From Roseibacillus sp. (GTDB lineage Bacteria > Verrucomicrobiota > Verrucomicrobiia > Verrucomicrobiales > Akkermansiaceae), in the NCBI GenBank assembly GCA_965242925.1, contig CBDEUM010000001.1:1-10391 (forward strand): a stretch of 10,391 nt of DNA. The letters run 5' to 3'. The position numbers were made by a program, and so were the translations under genes. Below the pieces are notes generated by a model. It was not told the DNA's origin. It ran no database searches and saw only the letters and a list, made by a program, of their open reading frames with translations. The first letter of the stretch is position 1. Each line of letters begins with the position of its first letter. Positions 1 to 6,623 of the stretch are shown one piece after another.

Positions 1-1030
1 AGTGCCCGGGAGGGGTTTCCGAGTTCGGGCCGTCCGCCCAGTGCTCCGCTATTACCCGTCCAAAATCCGCCTCGTTCACCAGATTTGGAGCGTAGGCCAC
101 GCCCGTGACCGGGTTGATTGCGTAGCCTGTCCCGTCATTCGTTCCCAAGGGATTGTTGCCGATGGTGCCCGGTGAATAATCCTTCTGCGGAGCCTGGACT
201 GGATCGAGCAGGCTGCTGTAACGGATCACTTCTGCATTCCCCGCCTTGTATTCCTCGTCGCCATCGCCTTCCAGCTGCGGGGGGCCGCCCGGGTCGAAAT
301 AGAGCATCACGGCAGGCTCGCGACTGAGGGCAAAGGGCCAGACCTCGCGCCAGTGTGACCCGATGAATTCCTGGATCGTGAACGTCAGGGGCTGGCCGGT
401 CTGCGAAAAGGCCTCCACGAATTCAAGCGGTTGCCAGCGGTTGGGATCGTTCATGGTCGTCCCCGCGAACTCCAGGATCAGGGGCGCATTGACCGGCGCG
501 TAAGTGTTGTCGGTATAACCGCCGGCTTCGTTGGAATTATCGTTCGCAGTCCAAGTGATGATCGTCTCGGCCACCCGGTTGCCCACTGCCGCGGGCGTGT
601 CGCCTGTTGTCGTGGTAATGTTCTGATCGTAGCCAAGGATGGTTAACAGGATATCGAACTGGTTCTGCGCCTGGAGAGCATTGGCCACCGGCGTGTTGGG
701 ATGCTTGACGGTATTGTAGCGGTGGCTGAGCACCCGGTAGGCCGCATAGCTGACCGCCTCGTGTCGGGCCGCCGCCACATCGCCCGAGGTCGCGCTTTCG
801 CGGTGCAGGTAGCCCACCGCAATCGGGTCATAGGCCGCCCAGGCATCATAGATCGCCACCGAGACGTGGAAGAGGTTGCGGGCGTGGACAGGCGGATCGG
901 GGAAGGAGAGCCGCACCGCGGCGAGATTCTGCTCGTTCCACATCCGGGCGACCGAATCAGCGGATGCAGGGGTAATGCCGAAAAGGAGAAGGAGCGCCGC
1001 CAGGACGCTTCTATAAGACTCTTTTTTCAT
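1..1030 (-). CDS. Secreted vanadium-dependent haloperoxidase-like protein (DUF6851/VCPO-type, PAP2 superfamily), 5' part; runs off the left edge
   Basis: Manual minus-strand translation from ATG at 1030 is open for 343 codons to the window edge: MKKESYRSVLAALLLLFGITPASA (Sec signal, A-S-A cleavage) DSVARMWNEQNLAAVRLSFPDPPVHARNLFHVSVAIYDAWAAYD...EAVSYAAYRVLSHRY...AAVGNRVA...DPNRWQPL...ADFGRVIAEHWADGPNSETPPGH. The SVARxWNE, HARNLFH, YDAW and WADGPxSETPPGHW motifs are typical of bacterial VHPO-like proteins. It is missing from the ORF track because its stop lies outside the window. The vanadate-binding motifs are also outside the window. Confidence 0.85.
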   Translation of the reverse strand, partial: MKKESYRSVLAALLLLFGITPASADSVARMWNEQNLAAVRLSFPDPPVHARNLFHVSVAIYDAWAAYDPIAVGYLHRESATSGDVAAARHEAVSYAAYRVLSHRYNTVKHPNTPVANALQAQNQFDILLTILGYDQNITTTTGDTPAAVGNRVAETIITWTANDNSNEAGGYTDNTYAPVNAPLILEFAGTTMNDPNRWQPLEFVEAFSQTGQPLTFTIQEFIGSHWREVWPFALSREPAVMLYFDPGGPPQLEGDGDEEYKAGNAEVIRYSSLLDPVQAPQKDYSPGTIGNNPLGTNDGTGYAINPVTGVAYAPNLVNEADFGRVIAEHWADGPNSETPPGH

Positions 1031-1050
1031 GAAGGGGATTCGGGAGAATC

Positions 1051-1079
1051 AGCTTAAAGGAGGTTGCCATCGCCGTCAA
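1051..1079 (-). promoter_or_regulatory. Sigma70-type promoter for the haloperoxidase-like gene
   Basis: Minus strand TTGACG (1079-1074), a 17-nt spacer, then TAAGCT (1056-1051), ending 20 nt before the ATG at 1030. Confidence 0.65.
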
Positions 1080-1083
1080 CCTC
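1060..1083. promoter_or_regulatory. Operator-like palindrome GAGGTTG-N10-CAACCTC overlapping the -35 box and spacer
   Basis: Perfect 7-bp inverted repeat at 1060-1066 and 1077-1083. Its regulatory role is inferred from position only. Confidence 0.4.
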
Positions 1084-1171
1084 TCTCCAGGGGCTGATGA
1101 GGGCGCCTTGCCCATGGTAACCCCACGGAAGACGTTAACGAGGGGAATTCCTTCCCTTTCTTCCCCAATTG

Positions 1172-1291
1172 AGGGAGGCGCCCGGAAGTTTGGTTTGTTG
1201 TTCCGGGCTGAGATGGTGGGTCTGCGCTCCCTTCCGGCCCCTGCTCTTCCAAGGGCAGGGGCTTTCCCCAGGCCCCAAGACTTGGGGCCTG
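1172..1291. repeat. Cluster of inverted repeats upstream of alaS
   Basis: GCCCGGAA (1180-1187)/TTCCGGGC (1201-1208); AGGGAG(g)CGC (1172-1181)/GCGCTCCCT (1224-1232); GCCCCTGCTCTT (1237-1248)/AAGGGCAGGGGC (1251-1262), with one G-U pair; CAGGCCCCAAG (1269-1279)-A-CTTGGGGCCTG (1281-1291), with perfect 11-bp arms. Confidence 0.8.
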
Positions 1292-1344
1292 CGGTATCTC
1301 CGGCCTTGCTAAGGGCTTCGAATGCGGGTCCAAATCCCCGCCTC

Positions 1345-4095
1345 ATGACCGCCGCGGAAATCCGCCAGAGCTTCCTGGACTTCTTCAAGGAGAAGGGCCA
1401 CGCCATCGTGCCTTCGGCCTCCCTGCTCCCACAGTCCCCCGGCCTCCTCTTTACCAATGCCGGCATGAACCAGTTCGTGCCCTACTTCCTGGGCACCGAC
1501 ATCGCTCCCTACGATCCCCCTCGGGCCGCCGATACCCAGAAATGCATCAGGGCGGGCGGCAAGCACAACGACCTCGAGGACGTGGGGCAGGATTCCTATC
1601 ACCACACCTTCTTCGAGATGCTGGGAAACTGGTCATTCGGGGATTATTTCAAGGAGGAAGCGATCAATTGGGCCTGGGAGCTGGTGGTGGAGCGGTGGGG
1701 ATTCCCTCCCGGACGCCTTTACGCCACCGTCTATCGTCCCGGCCCGGACGACCCGGCCGAGTTCGACCAGGAGGCCTACGATCACTGGAAGGTTCTCTTT
1801 GAGAAGGCTGGCTGCGATCCGAATGTGCACATCGTCGACGGCAACAAGGCCGACAACTTCTGGATGATGGGCGAGACCGGACCGTGCGGACCGTGCTCGG
1901 AGCTGCATGTCGATCTCACTGCCGCGGGCGATACGAAGGGCGCCCTGGTCAACAGGGACAGCGACGAGTGTATCGAGATCTGGAACCTGGTCTTCATCCA
2001 GTTCAATGCCGAGGCGGACGGCAGTTTCCGCGATCTGCCCTCCAGGCACGTCGACACCGGACTGGGATTCGAACGCGCCTGCTCGATCATCCAGAACACG
2101 AAGGGTTTCACCGACTTCTCGCGCAAGCCGTCGAACTACAGCACCGACGTCTTCCGGCCGATCTTCGACATTCTCGAGAGGTTGAGCGGGAAGGAATATG
2201 AGGACGTTTATCCCGAGCCGGGTACGGAGAACCAGGACGAGGTGGTGAAGACGGCGGTGGCTTTCCGGGTCATCGCTGATCATCTCCGCACCCTCAGCTT
2301 TTCGATCGCGGACGGCATTCTGCCGGGCAATACCGGACGCAACTACGTCCTGCGGCGCATCCTGCGGCGGGCGGTGCGATACGGGCGGTCACTGGGATTC
2401 ACCGGCGATGAATTCGTCCTCACGGCCCTGGTCGGCACTCTGGTGAGCCAGATGGGGGATGTGTTCCCAGAATTGAGGGGGCGGGAGTCAATCATTGTGG
2501 ACACCCTGAAACGTGAGGAGCGCAGCTTCAACGAAACCCTCGACCGGGGTTTGACGCTCTTCGAGGAAGAGGCCGCCAAACTCTCCCAAGGCATCTTTCC
2601 GGGCGACGCCGCGTTCAAGCTCTACGACACCTTCGGTTTTCCGATCGACCTCACGCAACTACTCTGCCGCGAACGGAAAATCGACCTCGATATATCCCGC
2701 TTCGAGGAACTCATGGAACAGGCCCGGCAACTTGCCCGCGACGCCCAGAAGTCCGAGATCGTTTCCGCCCTCGACATCGCCACCGAGTTCGTCACCGAGT
2801 TCGTCGGGTTCGAGCAGGACGAGTGCGAAGCCACCGTACTCGAGGAACACACCGGAGAGGACCTGCAGTGGATCATCACGGACCGCACCCCTTTCTATGC
2901 CGAGATGGGCGGCCAGGTTGGCGATACTGGATCGCTCGTCCTTGACGGACGCGAACTGCCGGTGGTGGGCGTCCAGCAGATCGGAGGGGCCCGCGCCCAC
3001 GGCGTTCCGGAGAGCCCGGCCGGCGATCTCAAGCCCGGCGACAAGATCATCCTCCGGCTCGACGCCGCCCGGCGACGGCCCATCGAGGCCCATCACAGCG
3101 CCACCCATCTCCTGCACTGGGCGCTCCACCAAGTTGTTTCCGCAGAAGCCGCCCAGCAGGGTTCCCTGGTCGCGGAGGACCGCCTGCGTTTCGACTTCAC
3201 TTCCAGCGCGGTAACCGCGGAACAGATTTCCGCCATCGAGGACATGGTGAATGCCCGCATCGAGGCTGGCGAACCGGTGAGTTGGAAGGAGGTCCCCTAC
3301 CGCGAGATCCAGGGCCGGGGGGACATCATGCAGTTCTTCGGCGACAAATACGGCGAGCACGTGCGCGTGGTCCAGCTCGGAGGGGAGACCCTGGCCCTCA
3401 ATGGCTACTCGATGGAGTTGTGCGGTGGGACGCACGTCCGCAACACCAGGGAGATCGGCCTCTTCAGGATCCGGAAGGAGGAAGCCATCGCAGCCGGCAC
3501 CCGGCGCATCGAAGCGGTGTGCGGAGCGGCCGCGGAAGCTCACCTCGCTGAGCGGGCCGAGAAGGAAGGCGAGGAACGGCGCGCGGCCCTTGCCAAGCTG
3601 GCGGCCGCCAACGAAGCGCTGGAAGCCCTCGGGGCGGAAGTCTTCCGTGCCCCGGACGACGCCGGGGCCGCCCGAATCAAGGCCGCCGCGGTGGAGGCCG
3701 AAAAGACCCTCAAAAAGGCCCGGACTGCCAACGCCGCGCGGCAGGCCGACGCCTTCCTGTCCGACCTGGTGGAGGGCGGCGCCGTCGACTTCAATCTGGT
3801 GGAATCCCTTGAGGGCTCCCCTGCCCTCCTGCAGGAACTGCTCCTTGGGCTCAAGAAGCTCCAGTTCCGCCAGGCCGCTTTTCTGGTGGTGGACGACGGT
3901 GAAAAGCTTCATCTCGGCGCCCTCTGCGGAGCGGACGGGAACAAGGCCTGCCACGACGCGGGGGATCTGATCAAGAAACTCGCCCCCATCGTGGGGGGCA
4001 GGGGCGGGGGCAAGCCCGACATGGCCCGCGGCGCGGGGGCAGACCGTCAGCAAAAGGACAACCTCCTGGAGGCGGCTCGCGCGAAACTGCTCTGA
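1345..4095 (+). CDS. alaS: Alanine--tRNA ligase (916 aa)
   Basis: Canonical N-terminus MTAAEIRQSFLDFF...LLFTNAGMNQF, QKCIRAGGKHNDLEDVG, HHTFFEMLGNWSFGDYFKEEAI, GPCGPCSE, EIWNLVFIQF, DTGLGFER, VIADHLR, YVLRRILRRA, FKLYDTFGFP, editing motifs HSATHLLH and ELCGGTH, and C-Ala GGRGGGKPDMA. Homology begins at Met 1345, so the track's start at 1108 is an upstream extension. Confidence 0.98.
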   Translation: MTAAEIRQSFLDFFKEKGHAIVPSASLLPQSPGLLFTNAGMNQFVPYFLGTDIAPYDPPRAADTQKCIRAGGKHNDLEDVGQDSYHHTFFEMLGNWSFGDYFKEEAINWAWELVVERWGFPPGRLYATVYRPGPDDPAEFDQEAYDHWKVLFEKAGCDPNVHIVDGNKADNFWMMGETGPCGPCSELHVDLTAAGDTKGALVNRDSDECIEIWNLVFIQFNAEADGSFRDLPSRHVDTGLGFERACSIIQNTKGFTDFSRKPSNYSTDVFRPIFDILERLSGKEYEDVYPEPGTENQDEVVKTAVAFRVIADHLRTLSFSIADGILPGNTGRNYVLRRILRRAVRYGRSLGFTGDEFVLTALVGTLVSQMGDVFPELRGRESIIVDTLKREERSFNETLDRGLTLFEEEAAKLSQGIFPGDAAFKLYDTFGFPIDLTQLLCRERKIDLDISRFEELMEQARQLARDAQKSEIVSALDIATEFVTEFVGFEQDECEATVLEEHTGEDLQWIITDRTPFYAEMGGQVGDTGSLVLDGRELPVVGVQQIGGARAHGVPESPAGDLKPGDKIILRLDAARRRPIEAHHSATHLLHWALHQVVSAEAAQQGSLVAEDRLRFDFTSSAVTAEQISAIEDMVNARIEAGEPVSWKEVPYREIQGRGDIMQFFGDKYGEHVRVVQLGGETLALNGYSMELCGGTHVRNTREIGLFRIRKEEAIAAGTRRIEAVCGAAAEAHLAERAEKEGEERRAALAKLAAANEALEALGAEVFRAPDDAGAARIKAAAVEAEKTLKKARTANAARQADAFLSDLVEGGAVDFNLVESLEGSPALLQELLLGLKKLQFRQAAFLVVDDGEKLHLGALCGADGNKACHDAGDLIKKLAPIVGGRGGGKPDMARGAGADRQQKDNLLEAARAKLL

Positions 4096-4204
4096 AGGAA
4101 CCGCCTCCCGGGGAACGGGGCCTCCCCTCCGCTAACGCCAGCCGGAATTATCCAAATTTGCCAAACGCCTTGAAAAGCCATGGCGGACAGCAAAGGATGT
4201 CGCC

Positions 4205-4717
4205 GTGAGCAATCCAAAGGAAACCGCCGTCTGGAAGGGAGGGCCGTCCCAGATCGTGAATCTCCCCACTTTCGCGGCTTGCGCCATGATGGGAGTTCTC
4301 TTTCTGGTGGTAGGCGATAAGCTCCACGGGACCATTTCCCTCGGAGCGATCCCGTGCGTCCTTCTCGCCGGTTGGAAGTGGCTGGTGATCCGCTGCCAGC
4401 GCTTTGAGATCACGAGCGAGCGTCTCAAGATGATCCAGGGGGTCCTGAACCAGGATATCGATGAAATCGAGCTCTATCGCGTCAAGGATACAAGGGTCCT
4501 GCGCCCGCTCTGGCTACGGCTCTTCGGGCTTGGCAACGTCGTTCTGGAAACCTCCGACCGCACCCATCCCAACCCCGTCCTCACCGCTATCAAGGACGCG
4601 ATGGAGGTCCGCGAGGAGCTCCGGGAACACGTCGAAAATCTTCGCGAGCAGAAGCGGGTGCGTGAAGTTGACTTCGACCAAACCGGCGACAGTGAATTCG
4701 GGGACGAACTGAGCTAG
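4205..4717 (+). CDS. Bacterial PH-domain (bPH_2/YdbS-like) membrane protein, 170 aa
   Basis: GTG start; ExxVWKGGPSQ N-terminus; two hydrophobic segments; FEITSERLKMIQGVLNQDIDEIELYRVKD...LRLFGLGNVVLETSDRTHP signature of bPH_2 domains; acidic tail. Confidence 0.85.
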   Translation: MSNPKETAVWKGGPSQIVNLPTFAACAMMGVLFLVVGDKLHGTISLGAIPCVLLAGWKWLVIRCQRFEITSERLKMIQGVLNQDIDEIELYRVKDTRVLRPLWLRLFGLGNVVLETSDRTHPNPVLTAIKDAMEVREELREHVENLREQKRVREVDFDQTGDSEFGDELS

Positions 4718-4758
4718 GGTCCGGCACCTGCCGGCCGCCGAAAAACCGCCGGAAGGTC

Positions 4759-4795
4759 TTGCACTGACCAATGGAACGGGCATCCTCCCGCGGCC
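4759..4795 (+). promoter_or_regulatory. Probable tRNA promoter with a GC-rich discriminator
   Basis: TTGCAC (4759-4764)-N16-CATCCT (4781-4786) followed by CCCGCGGCC, shortly before the tRNA 5' end at 4808. The layout resembles stable-RNA promoters, but the -10 box is imperfect. Confidence 0.35.
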
Positions 4796-4807
4796 GAATT
4801 CCATGAT

Positions 4808-4883
4808 GCGGGGTTAGCTCAGTTGGTAGAGCAACTCGTTTACACCGAGTGGGTCGGCGGTTCGAGTCCGTCACCCCGCACCA
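4808..4883 (+). tRNA. tRNA-Val (anticodon TAC), 76 nt, CCA encoded
   Basis: Full cloverleaf: acceptor GCGGGGT/ACCCCGC, D-arm GCTC-AGTTGGTA-GAGC, anticodon arm ACTCG-TTTACAC-CGAGT (TAC at 4841-4843), T-arm GGCGG-TTCGAGT-CCGTC, discriminator A, then CCA. Confidence 0.98.
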
Positions 4884-5052
4884 TCCGGAAGATCGGAGGC
4901 CGGGCTGCCCCCCCAGGCCTCCTGCGAGGCACCCCGGCCAATCGGATCTTGCGCTCCGCGGAGATCCTAATGAAATCAGACCGTGCCCCCGCATCTGCAG
5001 GCGTTCTGCGTCGGCAGCCCTGTATCCTGCAAAACAACCGATCTCCCAAACC

Positions 5053-6474
5053 ATGCCGAACCGTCCCCTGAATCTGCTGCTTTTCCTCCCGGTCCTGGCC
5101 GCGGGCGCCCTCGCGACCAGCTTTACGCAGGCCGCCACCCCTAATTTCATCATTATCTTCGCCGACGACCAGGGCTATGGCGACCTGAGTTGTTTCGGAT
5201 CGAAGACCATCAAGACCCCGCATATCGACCGGCTCGCCACCGAGGGCCGGAAATTCACGAGCTTCATGGTGGCATCGCCGGTGTGCACCCCGTCACGGGC
5301 GGCGCTCCTGACGGCGTGCTACCCAAAACGCGTGGGGATGCACCAGCACGTCCTTTTCCCGGCCTCCACGAAAGGCCTGCACCCGGAGGAGCACACCATC
5401 GCCGACCACCTCAAGTCACAGGACTATGCCACCGCCTGCTTCGGGAAATGGCACCTTGGACACCACCCGGAAGTCCTCCCGACCTCCAACGGCTTCGACA
5501 CCTACTACGGGATTCCCTACTCGAATGACATGAACCACCCCGACAACAGGGGGCAACCCCGGGGGGGCTGGCAAGGCATGGACATCCTCTGGAACGACCC
5601 GGAGTCGACCCTCACCAAGTGGAAGACCCCCTTGTTCGAGGACGAGAAGATCGTCGAGTTGCCGGTCGACCAGCGCACTATTACCCGGCGCTGCACCCAG
5701 AAGGCCATCGATTTCGTCAAGGCCAACCGGGAAAAGCCCTTCTTTGTCTATCTGCCCCATTCCATGCCCCACATTCCCCTTTATGTCCCCGACGACGTCC
5801 GCGATCCCGATCCCAAGAACGCCTACATCAACACCATCGAGCACATTGACACCGAGGTGGGCCGCCTCCTTGACGTTCTCGACGAGCTGAAGCTCGCGGA
5901 GAAAACCTACGTCATCTATACCACCGACAATGGTCCCTGGCTCCAGTTCAGGCACCATGGAGGGTCTGCCGGTCCGCTTCGCGACGGCAAGGGCACGACC
6001 TTTGAGGGCGGCCAGCGGGTGCCTTGCGTCATGCGCGGCCCGGGCGTCCCGGCCGGGACGGTCTGCTCCGAGCTGACCGGCACCATCGATATCCTGCCCA
6101 CCATCGCCGCGCTCACCGGCGCGCCCCTGCCCGCCGGGAAAAAGGTAGATGGGCTGGATGTCTCCAGCCTCTGGCTGGGCAAGGCCAAGGAGTCTCCCCG
6201 CAAGGAGTTTCTCCACTACACCTCCCGCGGTGACCTGCAGGGCATCCGCCAGGGGAGCTGGAAGCTGCTCGTTAAAAACCCGCGGGCCCGGAAGAACAAG
6301 AACGCTCCCGCAAATGCCGCCCAGGTCCTGCTCTTTGATCTCAGCAAGGACCTCGGCGAGCAAAATAATCTGGCCGGGCAACACCCCGACGTCGTGAAAA
6401 AACTCCGCCAGCGCATGGAGGCGCTGGACAAGGAAATCACCAGCAATGCCCGCGCCCCCTGGACCAAGGGCTGA
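5053..6474 (+). CDS. Secreted formylglycine-dependent (S1) sulfatase, arylsulfatase A-like, 473 aa
   Basis: Signal peptide MPNRPLNLLLFLPVLAAGALATSFTQAA, then PNFIIIFADDQGYGD, CTPSR (Cys codon 5284-5286), GKWHLG, KPFFVYL..SMPH, TDNGP, GKGTTFEGGQRVP, LFDLSKDLGEQNNLA. The track's start at 4849 lies inside the tRNA and is not credible. Confidence 0.95.
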   Translation: MPNRPLNLLLFLPVLAAGALATSFTQAATPNFIIIFADDQGYGDLSCFGSKTIKTPHIDRLATEGRKFTSFMVASPVCTPSRAALLTACYPKRVGMHQHVLFPASTKGLHPEEHTIADHLKSQDYATACFGKWHLGHHPEVLPTSNGFDTYYGIPYSNDMNHPDNRGQPRGGWQGMDILWNDPESTLTKWKTPLFEDEKIVELPVDQRTITRRCTQKAIDFVKANREKPFFVYLPHSMPHIPLYVPDDVRDPDPKNAYINTIEHIDTEVGRLLDVLDELKLAEKTYVIYTTDNGPWLQFRHHGGSAGPLRDGKGTTFEGGQRVPCVMRGPGVPAGTVCSELTGTIDILPTIAALTGAPLPAGKKVDGLDVSSLWLGKAKESPRKEFLHYTSRGDLQGIRQGSWKLLVKNPRARKNKNAPANAAQVLLFDLSKDLGEQNNLAGQHPDVVKKLRQRMEALDKEITSNARAPWTKG

Positions 6475-6623
6475 GGTGCGGCGGGAGAATTCCCCCCGAG
6501 TTTCTTGCCAGATCCTCTTCCAGCCTCCGTAATGCTCAGCCGCCGGACGCAGCGTTTCGCCCCCCTTCGCTTGTTCTCCTTTTTCCATTCTGAAGAACCG
6601 AGACCTCAACTACACCTTCCTCA

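Noticed and set aside
118..1057. Short ORFs 118..327, 431..646, 643..849 and 701..1057
   Set aside because: They are antisense or out-of-frame shadows of the minus-strand haloperoxidase-like gene.
1172..1235. T-box riboswitch upstream of alaS (AGGGA, GCTGAGA and TGGTGGGTCTGCG look-alikes)
   Set aside because: The antiterminator bulge TGGNACC is absent (TGGGTCT), and the spacing leaves no room for a specifier loop or proper stem I.
1108..1344. 79-codon N-terminal extension of alaS in the ORF track
   Set aside because: No AlaRS similarity, Pro/Arg/Gly-rich, and it crosses the palindrome cluster. The conserved N-terminus starts at Met 1345.
2659..4053. 464-aa antisense ORF within alaS, and similar long antisense ORFs at 1633..2283, 5416..6609, 6621..7442 and 8256..9188
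   Set aside because: They lie opposite well-supported genes, have no recognisable motifs, and are expected from codon bias in GC-rich DNA.
4096..4135. Intrinsic terminator after alaS
   Set aside because: Only a weak GGGGA/TCCCC stem with no U-tract.
4808..4883. tRNA near alaS as a mis-acylated or recoding tRNA (Ala identity on a Val anticodon)
   Set aside because: Pair 3:70 is G-C, not the G3-U70 AlaRS determinant. It is an ordinary tRNA-Val.
4849..5052. Upstream extension of the sulfatase ORF and ORFs overlapping the tRNA
   Set aside because: It overlaps a perfect tRNA, and the signal peptide starts at Met 5053.
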